Notes under the pieces: model-generated | Told to the model about the DNA's origin: nothing | Databases searched by the model: none | Seen by the model: the letters and a program-made list of their open reading frames with translations, nothing else | Part shown: in pieces, positions 27,160 to 37,342 of the stretch | Numbering within the stretch: position 1 is the stretch's first letter | Layout: every line of letters starts with the position of its first letter | Translations under genes and position numbers: made by a program | NCBI GenBank assembly: GCA_041650335.1 | Contig: JBAZLK010000002.1 | Span: 124,070-188,069 of the forward strand | Source of the DNA: Patescibacteria group bacterium | GTDB lineage: Bacteria; Patescibacteriota; Patescibacteriia; JAHIZJ01 | Reading direction: 5' to 3' | Length of the DNA: 64,000 nt

Positions 27160-29242
27160 GGACCTCCGTGATTACCGCGCGGGCGTCAACCACGACTCCG
27201 CCGTCGCCGCTGGCTCCGACCAGATATGGATTGATATCCAGTTCCGATATTTGTGGATAGGTTTGAAGCATTTGTCCGAGTTGAGCGGCCGCGTGATAGA
27301 GCGCGTTTCGATCAAGCGAGCGATCACCGACCGACTGACGCAGTTGGTTCGCCAGCGGAGATTCCTCAAGCTGCCGTCGAATGGCCTGGGTTGTAAACGG
27401 CGGCAAGAGCGTTAGGATCCTTGCTTCGTTCTCCACTTCGGTGCCGCCAACGCCGATGATAACCACCGGTCCAAAGGTCGCATCGCGTTTTCCGCCGAGA
27501 AACCACTCGCGACGACCTGACACCATGCGCTGCACCATCCAGCCCTCGTCAGCGCCCCGCCGATACGAGGCGGGAAATTGTCGTTCAGCCTGCCGCAATT
27601 GCCGGCGGAGCTGAGCCGGATCGTCTAGCTGAAGCCAGATCGCTTTCTTTTTTGCCTTATGGATAACCCGATGGCTGAGGAGCTTTATAGCCAGGGGAAA
27701 GTGAAGTTTTTTCGAAACGCGGATTGCCTCGATAGCGTTCTTCGCCACCTGATACGGTGCGATCCGAAAACCAAACCGTCGCAACAGTCTCTGCGTAGCG
27801 GGCGGTAACAACAAGCCGTCCACCGGCATCTGCGAACGCGTGAAGAATTTAAGCCGCGGAAAAATGATTCGCTGTCGTGGCAACCGCCGCGCTGTTTCAT
27901 ACTCAAACAGCCGCTGAAATGCCCGGATGCCGTTTTCCGGATAAGTAAAATGCGGTAAGCGGTTTTTTTCAAAGATCGCGTAAGCGCCAGCGACTGATTT
28001 TCCGCCGAGAAAAGCGGCCAGAATCGGTTTCTCTGGATAGCGTCGCTGCACCTGAACTATTGTTTCAGCTGTCGCTGTCGGCTGAGTAACAACCTGGGGG
28101 GTCAGGATCACCAACATGCCGTCCACGGTCGGGTCAGCCGCGAGTATATTCAAAGCGCGGCGATACCGCGATTCGTCAGCATCGCCAATCAGGTCAATCG
28201 GATTGGTTAGGCTGGCTGATGGCGGCAGGGCGCGTGTTAATTTCCGCGCGGTGGCAGCCGTGAGCGTACTTAAGCGCAGCGGCGTTTGGGCAACGGCATC
28301 GGTCGCGATAATCGCGGGGCCGCCGGCATTCGTCACAATCGCCAAACGGCGCCCATGGAGGCGCCGACCGGTCGAAAAAACCATCGCCAAATCATAGAGC
28401 TCCTCTACGGTTGTGGCCACCAGCACGCCGGCGCTTTGGAGCGCCGCCAGCGTGACCTCGCGCGATGAGGCGAGAGCGCCGGTATGGGATTTGGCCGCGG
28501 TTTGACCAAGCTCTGAGAGGCCGGCCTTAAAGACAATGACTGGCTTTACTTTTATGGCCCGCTTCGCTTCTTCCAAGAAGGCGGGGCCGTTTGAAATGCT
28601 TTCCAGATAGAGCAGGATCGCTTTCGTCTTTTTATCCTGACGAAAATGGCTGAGAAAATCAGTTTCAGTTAGGCCGGCGCTGTTGCCCAGGCTAACCACG
28701 GCTCGAAATCCAACCTTGGCCCGTTTGCCCCAATCAGTGATCGCCGCGGCTAATGCGCCTGACTGAGAAATCAGCGCCACGGTTCCGCCTGGTTCAAGCG
28801 GACGACTGAATGAGGCGTTGATCCTGTTGTCGCCATGGAGAAAACCGAGGCAGTTTGGCCCGAGCAATCGGAGGTTGTACTTCCCGGCCCGTCGTTTCAG
28901 GTCACGCTCTCGCGCTTCTCCGGCTGGACCGATTTCTTTGAAACCCGATGAAATCACGATGCCGTACGGAATTCGCGCCCGGCCGCATTCTTCAATGATC
29001 CCAGGGACAGTCGGCGCCGGCGTGACGATAATTGCCACATCAATCCGGCCCGGCACTGCCAGCACGTTTGAAAAACAGCGGTGGCCAGCCACCTGTGAAA
29101 TATTCGGATTTACCGGAATGAGCCGGCCGCGGTAGCCGCCGTCGTGAAGATTGTAATACACCCGACTGCCCAGCTTATTCTTATTGCGCGAAACGCCGAT
29201 GACGGCGATCGTCCGGGGCGAAAAAAAATTTTGCATGTTCAT
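27143..29242 (-). CDS. acetate--CoA ligase (ADP-forming), fused alpha/beta domains
   Basis: N-terminal CoA-binding domain (RTIAVIGVSRNKNKLG), succinyl-CoA-synthetase-like domain with GPNCLGF, C-terminal ATP-grasp region. Start set to MNMQNFF (29242). Confidence 0.75.
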   Translation of the reverse strand: MNMQNFFSPRTIAVIGVSRNKNKLGSRVYYNLHDGGYRGRLIPVNPNISQVAGHRCFSNVLAVPGRIDVAIIVTPAPTVPGIIEECGRARIPYGIVISSGFKEIGPAGEARERDLKRRAGKYNLRLLGPNCLGFLHGDNRINASFSRPLEPGGTVALISQSGALAAAITDWGKRAKVGFRAVVSLGNSAGLTETDFLSHFRQDKKTKAILLYLESISNGPAFLEEAKRAIKVKPVIVFKAGLSELGQTAAKSHTGALASSREVTLAALQSAGVLVATTVEELYDLAMVFSTGRRLHGRRLAIVTNAGGPAIIATDAVAQTPLRLSTLTAATARKLTRALPPSASLTNPIDLIGDADESRYRRALNILAADPTVDGMLVILTPQVVTQPTATAETIVQVQRRYPEKPILAAFLGGKSVAGAYAIFEKNRLPHFTYPENGIRAFQRLFEYETARRLPRQRIIFPRLKFFTRSQMPVDGLLLPPATQRLLRRFGFRIAPYQVAKNAIEAIRVSKKLHFPLAIKLLSHRVIHKAKKKAIWLQLDDPAQLRRQLRQAERQFPASYRRGADEGWMVQRMVSGRREWFLGGKRDATFGPVVIIGVGGTEVENEARILTLLPPFTTQAIRRQLEESPLANQLRQSVGDRSLDRNALYHAAAQLGQMLQTYPQISELDINPYLVGASGDGGVVVDARAVITEVHENTV

Positions 29243-29243
29243 A

Positions 29244-30269
29244 TCAGAGACGTTCTTTATAAATCTTTCGGTAGCGTTCAAATAGTTCGGCTCGCCGGAG
29301 TAATCCTTTTTGCGGTCCGATCGTGCCAACAACAGAGCTGCTGTTTATCATTGCGAGCCGCAGTGCGCGACGCAGATCGTTTTTACATAAACGCAGCCCA
29401 GCGGTCAGGGTTGAGCCAAAGGCGTCGCCTGCGCCGGTAGTGTCCACGTCGTGCGTGCCAACCGCTTTTTCAAAATATCGTTTCTCACCGTCAAACGCCG
29501 TACTGCCGCGCTCGCCAGCCGTGACCACGGCAATTTTCGGTCCCCATGACCGCAAAATTTTAGCTAAGACTAGCGGGTTTTTTAAGCCAGCCGTCCGGCC
29601 TTGGGCGCGGAGGATTAATTCGGTCGCCTCGTCGACATTGACGATAAATACCTCGGTCAATTTCAGCAAACGGGCCAAACCCTTCCGGCCGGCGGCAAGC
29701 TGCTTCTGGCCGGGATTCCATACGAGTTTCACCTGCTTTCGCTGGGACAGAAAAGCTACCAGATTCGATACGCTCTGCGACCACGATGGTGCAGTCAATG
29801 ATGCCAGATACAGCCACCGCGCCGGCGCTCGAAGTAATTCTGCCTGAGCCATTCTCATCCGATCATTCGCGCCCCGATACAGAAAGGCGGCGTGCTCCTT
29901 GGTCTTGTTCTGAATGGCCATAAATGAAAAACCTGTCGCCACGGTCGCATCTTGTTCGATAAATTTCGTCTCAATCCCCTCGCGCCGCAAGGAGGCGATA
30001 ATTCCAGCGCCGTCATGATCTCGACCGACCCTGACAAATGCGCCGGTCCGCAAGCCCAGACGACGGAACGTTATCGCTGAATTGCACCCGCCGCCGCCAT
30101 ACACGAAATAAATTGCGGTCGGTAAAATCTTGGCCCCGTATTCGAAGCCAATCAATTTTTGACGCAGCAGGTCTTTCGGATTTGGCACCACGCAGCCTTC
30201 GGCCGTATAAAACATGATATCGCGAGTGGCTCCGCCGATGGTGATAACATCGAAACGTCTTCGAAACAT
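29244..30269 (-). CDS. PfkB-family carbohydrate/nucleoside kinase
   Basis: N-terminal GG motif (TIGGATRD) and C-terminal DTTGAGDAF anion-hole motif. Confidence 0.75.
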   Translation of the reverse strand: MFRRRFDVITIGGATRDIMFYTAEGCVVPNPKDLLRQKLIGFEYGAKILPTAIYFVYGGGGCNSAITFRRLGLRTGAFVRVGRDHDGAGIIASLRREGIETKFIEQDATVATGFSFMAIQNKTKEHAAFLYRGANDRMRMAQAELLRAPARWLYLASLTAPSWSQSVSNLVAFLSQRKQVKLVWNPGQKQLAAGRKGLARLLKLTEVFIVNVDEATELILRAQGRTAGLKNPLVLAKILRSWGPKIAVVTAGERGSTAFDGEKRYFEKAVGTHDVDTTGAGDAFGSTLTAGLRLCKNDLRRALRLAMINSSSVVGTIGPQKGLLRRAELFERYRKIYKERL

Positions 30270-30279
30270 AGGCTTTTTG

Positions 30280-31854
30280 TTAGGTGTCTAAAAATCCTTT
30301 TGGAAAACGGGCCAGTACTTTTCCCGTCATTTCTTTTGGCGGCTTTATCTTATAGAGATTCAAGATTGTTGGAGCAATGTCCCCGGCGACGCCGTTCTTT
30401 CGTAGGTGCAGCCCTGTATATTGGTTGGAGATGATATAAAACGGCACCGGATTTGACGTGTGGTTCGTGTGCACCTCGCCTGATTTCAGATCGATCTTTT
30501 GTTCGGCATTCCCATGATCGCTGGTGATGAAAACGACCCCTTTCTTTTCTAAAACCGCTTCGACAACCTGGCCGATACATTCATCAACCACTTCGACCGC
30601 CCGAATCGTCGCCGCCAGGTTGCCGGTATGACCAACCATATCCGGATTGGCATAGTTCATCACGTAAAAATCGTACACATCCATTTGGACATTATTAACC
30701 ACCACCTGGGTAACTTGATACGCACTCATTTCCGGCTTTTGATCATACGATTTGACGTCCGGCGAAGGGATCAGCACCCGCTGTTCACCCGCGACCGGCT
30801 CGGCGTAGCCGCCGTTGAAAAAATAAGTCACGTGAGCGTATTTCTCGGATTCAGCGATATAGAGCTGGCGAAAATGCCGCAGGGCCATCGGCAACGTCCC
30901 CTTGAGATCGACGCTCGGAAACGCCGTCAACACGCCCGGCAAGTCCGGTCCGAAATCGGTCATGGCAATAAAACGTAAGCCGGAAATCGCTTTGCACCGT
31001 TTAAAACCAGGGAAATCGCTTTGCACGAAAGCCTTGGTCAATTGTCGCGTCCGATCAGACCGGAGATTAAAAAAGATGATCGAGTCATTATTGTTGACCG
31101 TCCCGATTGGTTTACCCTTTTCGTAAAAAACAGTCGGGCGGATGAACTCGTCGCTCTCGCCGCGGTTATAGGAAGAGATGACGGCCTTGATCGGGTCCGT
31201 CTGCTCCAGCCCCTGTCCGCAGACAATCGCGTTAAACGCCTTTTCCGTGCGCGACCAGACCTTTTTCCGATCCATCGCATAAAAACGTCCCTGGAGAGAG
31301 GCTATTTTTACCTCGGGATATCGCTTCAATGCCACCAAGAGATCGCGCAGATAGCCGACTGAGGCGTACTGAGGAGAATCCCGGCCGTCGGTAAAGAGGT
31401 GCAGGCACACATTCTTCAGGCCTTCGCCATGAGCTAACGAGAGCAGGGCCAACAAATGATCCGGATCGCTGTGCGCGCTTTGTTCGGCCGTCAGCAAGCC
31501 CATAAGGTGAAGGGTTGAGTGGTTCCGCTTCACGTGTCCAATGGCTTCATGAAAAGCGGGGTTCTTAAAAAACGTACCCTCATTGATGGATTTTGAGATA
31601 ATTACCGAGTCCTGATCGACAATCCGCCCGGCGCCGATATTCATGTGGCCGGCCTCGGAGTTGCCGTCTTGTCCGATCGGAAGACCGACCAGGCTGCTCG
31701 CCGCTTTCAGCAGGGTATGCGGGTATTTTGCGTCGAGCTGATCAAAAACGGGTGTCTTGGCCAGTCGGATGGCGTTACCCGAATTCGGCGGCGCCACGCC
31801 CCAGCCGTCAATGACGATCAGAACAACTGGTTTGATTGTTTTTTTAGCTGCCAT
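30280..31854 (-). CDS. gpmI: 2,3-bisphosphoglycerate-independent phosphoglycerate mutase
   Basis: VVLIVIDGWG N-terminus and iPGM core motifs (SDHGN, TSDHGN-like). 524 aa. Confidence 0.9.
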   Translation of the reverse strand: MAAKKTIKPVVLIVIDGWGVAPPNSGNAIRLAKTPVFDQLDAKYPHTLLKAASSLVGLPIGQDGNSEAGHMNIGAGRIVDQDSVIISKSINEGTFFKNPAFHEAIGHVKRNHSTLHLMGLLTAEQSAHSDPDHLLALLSLAHGEGLKNVCLHLFTDGRDSPQYASVGYLRDLLVALKRYPEVKIASLQGRFYAMDRKKVWSRTEKAFNAIVCGQGLEQTDPIKAVISSYNRGESDEFIRPTVFYEKGKPIGTVNNNDSIIFFNLRSDRTRQLTKAFVQSDFPGFKRCKAISGLRFIAMTDFGPDLPGVLTAFPSVDLKGTLPMALRHFRQLYIAESEKYAHVTYFFNGGYAEPVAGEQRVLIPSPDVKSYDQKPEMSAYQVTQVVVNNVQMDVYDFYVMNYANPDMVGHTGNLAATIRAVEVVDECIGQVVEAVLEKKGVVFITSDHGNAEQKIDLKSGEVHTNHTSNPVPFYIISNQYTGLHLRKNGVAGDIAPTILNLYKIKPPKEMTGKVLARFPKGFLDT

Positions 31855-31865
31855 GCAAGTATTGC

Positions 31866-33140
31866 TTATTTCTGCCGTTCGACTTCGTCCTCGATTTCCA
31901 TCAATCGATTATATTTCACCACCCGTTCGCCGCGCGAGACTGAGCCGGCTTTCAAATAATCGGCGTTCAGACCGACGGCCAGATCAACAATCGTCGTGTC
32001 GGTTGTTTCGCCCGAGCGATGCGAGCAAATGATTTTATAGCCGTTCTGCTTGGCTGTCTCCATGGTTTCAATCGTTTCACTGATCGTGCCAACCTGATTC
32101 GGCTTGATCAGAATACCCGTTCCAACCTGGCGCTGGATGGCTTCCTTTAATATTTTCAGATTAGTGCAAAACATATCATCGCCAATAATCGTCATTTTTC
32201 CGCTCAATGCTTTGGTCAGTCGCTGCCAGCCGCTCCAGTCGTCCTCGCGCAAACCGTCTTCGAGCAACGTGATCGGGTAGGTATCCGCCCAGCGGCTATA
32301 GAGATCGATCAGCTTGTCGGTATCAAACGCGGCGTCCTCGACTTCAATAAAATAGGTATCGCGTTCTTTGTCGTAAAACGAGTTCGCGCCCGCGTCAATG
32401 CCGAGGAAGACGTCTTTGCCGGGCTTATACTTGCTGGCTTTAATTGCCTGGATAATCCATTCAAGCGCGTCAATGCTTGAATTAATGTCCGGCGCGTAGC
32501 CGCCTTCATTGCCCGTGTCCGTATCGAGCCCTTCAGCTTGCAGCACGTCCTTCAGCTTATGAAAAACTTCCGCGCCCATTCGGATACGTTCGCGGGCCGT
32601 CGAGGCGGAATACGGGATGATCCAAAATTCCTGGAAATCAAGGTTTGTGTCAGCGTGCTTGCCGCCGTTGAAAATATTCATCACCGGCGTCGGCATGGAA
32701 TACTCTTTTGAGCTGGCCAGCGAGGATAATTGCCGCAGATATTGATACAAGGGCAGATGGAGCGCTTTTGTGGCCGCCCGGAGCACGCTCAACGAAACCG
32801 CCAGCGTCGTATTGGCGCCGAGCTTTGATTTATTCTCCGTTCCATCCAGCGCGATCAGCTTTTTATCGACGGCTTTCTGATCGGCGGCGTCGAAACCCTT
32901 CAGCTCTTTCGTGATGAGGGTGTTTATGAACTGACAGGGCTTCAACACCCCCTGCCCGCCATACCGTTTCATATCACCGTCGCGCAATTCGAGCGCTTCT
33001 TTCGACCCTTTCGAAGCGCCGGCCGGGACTGAGGCGCGTCCACGCACGCCGCCGGCTAACGTCGTCCGCACCTCGATCGTCGGATTCCCGCGCGAATCAA
33101 GAATTTCCCGGGCATTCAGGTGTTCAATTTTTGTGGACAT
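31866..33140 (-). CDS. eno: enolase
   Basis: MSTKIEHLNAREILDSRGNPTIEV; 424 aa; conserved SHRSGETED. Confidence 0.95.
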   Translation of the reverse strand: MSTKIEHLNAREILDSRGNPTIEVRTTLAGGVRGRASVPAGASKGSKEALELRDGDMKRYGGQGVLKPCQFINTLITKELKGFDAADQKAVDKKLIALDGTENKSKLGANTTLAVSLSVLRAATKALHLPLYQYLRQLSSLASSKEYSMPTPVMNIFNGGKHADTNLDFQEFWIIPYSASTARERIRMGAEVFHKLKDVLQAEGLDTDTGNEGGYAPDINSSIDALEWIIQAIKASKYKPGKDVFLGIDAGANSFYDKERDTYFIEVEDAAFDTDKLIDLYSRWADTYPITLLEDGLREDDWSGWQRLTKALSGKMTIIGDDMFCTNLKILKEAIQRQVGTGILIKPNQVGTISETIETMETAKQNGYKIICSHRSGETTDTTIVDLAVGLNADYLKAGSVSRGERVVKYNRLMEIEDEVERQK

Positions 33141-33161
33141 AACTCGTCTCCGCTTATGAAT

Positions 33162-34346
33162 TTATCGTTTATTCAGATAGCGCAAGCCCGGCAGGGCGAC
33201 GCCAGAAAGAAAATCAAGCATTGCGCCGCCGCCCGTCGAAACAAAATCAATCTTTTTTTCAACACCCGACATTTCCAGGGCTGCTTCCGTATCTCCCCCG
33301 CCGACCACGCTGCGGCCTTTTATCCGGGCAATTGCCCGGGCCACGGCAAAGGTCCCGCGGGCGAAAGGCGCTAGCTCGAAATAGCCCATCGGCCCGCTCC
33401 AAAGTACTGTTTTCGCCCGTTTTATTATTTCACCATATAGCTTCACCGTATCCGGACCGATATCGAGCAGATACTCGTTTGGTTTAACGTTACCGACGGC
33501 CCGGACGGCGGTGGCGGCATCCTTGCTTATCCGGGTAGCAGTCACGACGTCGACCGGTATTTTTATTTTTACATCAGTCAGTTTCAGGCTCCGGGCGACC
33601 CGGGCAGCTGCCCCGCTCACCCGCGATCGGCCGACGGCGATGCCTTTTATCTGGAGTATCGTGTTGGCGGCCACGCCGCCCAATAAGACAAAATCTGCTT
33701 TTGTTAATAATCGAGTTAACAGCGCCACCTTATCCTCTATTTTTGCGCCGCCGATTACCGCCACAAACGGACGTTTCGGCTGCCGCATCAGTCGGCTGAG
33801 CGTATCGATCTCGCTCATTACCGTAAAACCAGAGACCGTCGGCAGATATCGCTGCGGACCGACGATGGAGGCGACGTCGCGGTGCGCCTGCGCAAATGCA
33901 TCAAAAACTTGGATTTCTCCGAGCGCCGCCAGTTCTTTCATGAAGCCGGCGTCTTTCGCTTCTTCCTCGGCATGAAAACGCACATTTTCAAGTAAAATCA
34001 CCTCGCCTGGTTTTTGGACTGCCAGCGCCTTCGTCACGGTTGGACCAATGCAATCGTCGAGCTTTTTTACCCGCTGGCCTAACAGCCGGCTGAGGCTTCG
34101 GGCTACTGGGTCCAATTTGTACTTTGCCACCTGCTTACCATCCGGCCGGCCGCACCAGGTCAGGATAACGATTCGGCAGCGCTGGCGGATAAGATATCGC
34201 AGGGTCGGGATGGTTGCCACAAGACGCGTATCATCGCGGACAACATATCCTTTTTTCGCCTTTTCCAGCGGAACATCATAGGCCGTCCGGTACAACACAC
34301 GCTTTCCCCGCAGGTTGACCATCCGAAGGGTTTTCGCATTTTTCAT
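33162..34346 (-). CDS. pgk: phosphoglycerate kinase
   Basis: Start set to MKNAKTL (34346). LLENVRFH...EE motif and GGGD/A region present. Confidence 0.9.
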   Translation of the reverse strand: MKNAKTLRMVNLRGKRVLYRTAYDVPLEKAKKGYVVRDDTRLVATIPTLRYLIRQRCRIVILTWCGRPDGKQVAKYKLDPVARSLSRLLGQRVKKLDDCIGPTVTKALAVQKPGEVILLENVRFHAEEEAKDAGFMKELAALGEIQVFDAFAQAHRDVASIVGPQRYLPTVSGFTVMSEIDTLSRLMRQPKRPFVAVIGGAKIEDKVALLTRLLTKADFVLLGGVAANTILQIKGIAVGRSRVSGAAARVARSLKLTDVKIKIPVDVVTATRISKDAATAVRAVGNVKPNEYLLDIGPDTVKLYGEIIKRAKTVLWSGPMGYFELAPFARGTFAVARAIARIKGRSVVGGGDTEAALEMSGVEKKIDFVSTGGGAMLDFLSGVALPGLRYLNKR

Positions 34347-34423
34347 GGTATGAATTATACCATAATATTGAAAAAAATAAAAATGCCCGAAAGCCGGCAT
34401 ATTTCTGTGTTTGTCGGGAAGTA

Positions 34424-35326
34424 TTAGAGGTGATCGCCCGCAAACTGCAGCACGCGTTTCTTATATTCTTCCCGTTGGCCCATGAACAACGATTCGTAAT
34501 TTCCGGACACGGTCCAGAGTTCCGTCCCTTTCGAGATTACGTTTTGGTGGATATCCCGTGCACTCTGCGCTGATCCTTCATCGTTGTTCTCGGCGGCCAT
34601 GAGCAATATCGGCGCGGTGGTATTCCGGACGCTGTCCGCCGGCACAAATTTGCTCGGATTTGTCTGGGCTAGAAATCGAAACCATTGGCCAGTCATCCAG
34701 GCGAGCGGCTTTCTCAGGAATGAATATTGCTCATACATCGTATCCAATCTGGTAGAAAAACGATCAGTCGCGCTGTCAGCAATAACCATCCGGATGTCGG
34801 CTGTTTCAGCCGCCGCGAGTATGGCGGCGTTTGCGCCAATGTCATACCCAAAAACTCCAATCCGCGTCCGATCGACGTCTGATCGGGTTTTCAGATATTC
34901 GAGTGCACCGAGAACATCCTTCGATTCCTTATAACCGAATGTCACCGGCTTCACCCCGCTACTCCCATGTCCCCGAAAATCGAACAGGAACAAGTTATAT
35001 GTATCATGCAGGTAATGACACCAATCCAAGGCCTCGGCCCTGGTCAGGCCGTATCCGTGGAGAACGATAACCGTCGCCGGATTTTTATTTTCTTCCTTTT
35101 TCTTCGCCGGTATAAACCACCCCTTCAACGCCACGTTGTCGGTACTGTTAAAGTTTACGTTCTCATAGGAAAACTTCAGTGTTTCCGGGGTTCGCTCGCT
35201 CACCTCGGTTTTCGGGTAGGCGTTCGTCCGGAAGGTATAATACGTAATAATCAAACTCGATACCACGACGATCAGTATGATATCTCGGATGATTTTTCGC
35301 GTTACAATGTAGGAGGTATATAACAT
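34424..35326 (-). CDS. membrane-anchored alpha/beta hydrolase (S9/dienelactone-hydrolase-like)
   Basis: N-terminal TM. VLHGYGLTR and nucleophile elbow GVFGYDIGA. Confidence 0.55.
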   Translation of the reverse strand: MLYTSYIVTRKIIRDIILIVVVSSLIITYYTFRTNAYPKTEVSERTPETLKFSYENVNFNSTDNVALKGWFIPAKKKEENKNPATVIVLHGYGLTRAEALDWCHYLHDTYNLFLFDFRGHGSSGVKPVTFGYKESKDVLGALEYLKTRSDVDRTRIGVFGYDIGANAAILAAAETADIRMVIADSATDRFSTRLDTMYEQYSFLRKPLAWMTGQWFRFLAQTNPSKFVPADSVRNTTAPILLMAAENNDEGSAQSARDIHQNVISKGTELWTVSGNYESLFMGQREEYKKRVLQFAGDHL

Positions 35327-35518
35327 GATAGGTCTATTATACCATTTTTAAAAAATAAAAAAAGCGACAATAACAATCTTGTACCGATAATGCGCCGTGC
35401 TTTCAGACTATTTTCAGCCAGAAACAGTTTTAGATTTATAATTTATCCCGCCGTAAATCTATTTAGCTGTTAACCGTGCCGTTTCTGTGTCATTTACCCA
35501 GTTTAATATGTGCCTATG

Positions 35519-36256
35519 TTACATTATCGGGGTGACTGAATTCACTAAAGCATACATTAAGTCAATTTCATCTATGAGACTTTTTGCTGATTTTGGCGGC
35601 TCACCAGAAAGGCTATTAGTGTACGTCTGGAAATCTTGTCTTGAAATTCTAGTGTTTGATGAAAGTGACATAACCAGCGTTTTATCTGGGTCAGCGTTTT
35701 TTCTAAGAAAATATATCTTTGCAATAATTCCAATATCACTGTTCTCCGAAAGATAATCAGGAATATATTTATACGCTGTAAATCCGTTAAATTTGGTATT
35801 TACATCATTGATACTTTTACATTGAGCAAAATCGACCAAGCTTGTAAGATTGTTGCAAGATATATTCTTTAAATCACTAATAGCTGATAGTTCATTCAGC
35901 GTCGGAAATGATGTTTCAAAGGCACAACCGTTATTTAATCGATAGCTCAGCCAGAAAAAATTATTTTGAAGCGTATCGTGCGATAGATAGCCACACGTGA
36001 GATCGGAATCCCAGTCTGTTTTGTTATATTTGGTGAGATCCTGATCAGTGATGTTAAAAAGCGCCTTTGGCAACTTCAAGCTGACGCGAGCGTACGGTAG
36101 ATGAACCTCTTGACCATCGGTCGCAGGCTTGATCGTGACTAAATCGGGCAAGGTGCTTTTCTCGCTTTTTATGCCCTTAGCCAGCCAGAAGAAGCCGGCG
36201 GTAGCCAGTAAGAATAAACCGACCATCAATGAAATGAATAAGCCATTGCTTTTCAT
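35519..36256 (-). CDS. hypothetical secreted protein (AT-rich)
   Basis: Start reassigned to MKSNGLFISLMVGLFLLATAGFFWLA (signal anchor) at 36256. The upstream part of the track ORF overlaps the M23 gene terminator region. Confidence 0.5.
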   Translation of the reverse strand: MKSNGLFISLMVGLFLLATAGFFWLAKGIKSEKSTLPDLVTIKPATDGQEVHLPYARVSLKLPKALFNITDQDLTKYNKTDWDSDLTCGYLSHDTLQNNFFWLSYRLNNGCAFETSFPTLNELSAISDLKNISCNNLTSLVDFAQCKSINDVNTKFNGFTAYKYIPDYLSENSDIGIIAKIYFLRKNADPDKTLVMSLSSNTRISRQDFQTYTNSLSGEPPKSAKSLIDEIDLMYALVNSVTPIM

Positions 36257-36302
36257 GGGAGGGGGATTTAAAAAATGATTATTTCTAACCATATTATGGC
36301 AC

Positions 36303-36346
36303 GAAGAAAAAGGCCGGGGAAGGCAGTTAAAGATAATGCCTTCCCC
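36303..36346 (-). terminator. rho-independent terminator after the M23 peptidase gene
   Basis: Minus sense GGGGAAGGCAttatctttaacTGCCTTCCCC then GGCCTTTTTCTTCG. Confidence 0.65.
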
Positions 36347-36359
36347 GCGGACCCGAATC

Positions 36360-37016
36360 TTAGCAGAAAAAGAAGACAATACAGGCGTAATATTCAGAAT
36401 CACAGAGTGTTGGTATGACAGGATCTCCGTTGGCGTCGAAGTGATCGATGTTTTCGTACCCGACAAGATGAAGATGCGGACCCGAGGAGGTATTCCCAAT
36501 TCTGCCGAGGTACTGCCTGGCCGTGACATACTGTCCCTTCTGGACCGCCGTGGACTGGAGGTGCGCATAACGCAGGGCAACGTGCCGAGCAGGATCATAG
36601 ATCACTACCTGGAGTCCTTGGCCATAACCAGAACCAACTTTCACGACTGTTCCGTTGAACCCGGCGTATACCTTACGGCCAACTCCATGCTCATCCAAAG
36701 TTGTTCCGTCAATCCGGCTGATGTCGCGGGCATAGTAATCAGCCCCTTGATGCGAATTCATCGTTTGCCCGCAGGCATCGATGGTACCGCCTCCGGTCCT
36801 AATACCGCTCATTCCGCGCCAATCATCCGGATCCTCCCCTGGCCCAATCGGCGAAGCGATGCCCATATAGGCACCACGAACCATGGGCATTCCGCTCGAA
36901 AGATCGTCGCTGATCTCTTCGGGCGACGGGTTTGACACTGCCCCCTCCTTCGCGCATCCGACGAGAAACGACAGGGGGAGGGCGAGGATAAGGCAGAAAA
37001 AACTGAACCTCTTCAT
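36360..37016 (-). CDS. M23-family peptidoglycan metalloendopeptidase, lipoprotein
   Basis: Lipobox signal MKRFSFFCLILALPLSFLVGC. M23 motifs HxxxD-like region and HLHLVGYE (HxH). Confidence 0.8.
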   Translation of the reverse strand: MKRFSFFCLILALPLSFLVGCAKEGAVSNPSPEEISDDLSSGMPMVRGAYMGIASPIGPGEDPDDWRGMSGIRTGGGTIDACGQTMNSHQGADYYARDISRIDGTTLDEHGVGRKVYAGFNGTVVKVGSGYGQGLQVVIYDPARHVALRYAHLQSTAVQKGQYVTARQYLGRIGNTSSGPHLHLVGYENIDHFDANGDPVIPTLCDSEYYACIVFFFC

Positions 37017-37121
37017 TAGTTTGCCTCCATTTCAGAAATGCGGCCTCACTCCACTACAACAAGTAACGTGATTCTTCCAGCTCAGGTCTAGCTACCTCCT
37101 TTTTCTAGACCAGGGAAACGG

Positions 37122-37286
37122 GTTGTCGAAAGAACGGGCAATCATTACGGTCTCATACCCCTTTCAGATATGAAAAACCGGCCAATGCCCGTCGCGTTGG
37201 TTCTTGGTAAATAAATAAACGAGCCGTGAAAGCCCACCTCTCTTCACTTACAAAGTGCAAAATCAGTAAGACGCTGCTTATCCACC
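37122..37286 (-). repeat. conserved promoter plus leader element, copy A (upstream of M23 lipoprotein gene)
   Basis: Contains promoter module (rc GGTGGATAAGC ... GAAGAGAGGTGGGCTTTCACGGCTCG) and the ~95-nt leader module (rc CCAACGCGACGGGCATTGGCCGG...GATTGCCCGTTCTTTCGACAAC). Confidence 0.7.
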
Positions 37287-37342
37287 GATGGTCATTTTGA
37301 AGCTATCGCTGTGCTTGCATATTAATCTGTTTGCTCTTCGAA

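Noticed and set aside
35519-36598. 359-aa version of the ORF upstream of the M23 gene
   Set aside because: Its N-terminal 114 codons run through the M23 gene terminator and 3' end in another frame. The signal-peptide start at 36256 is used instead.
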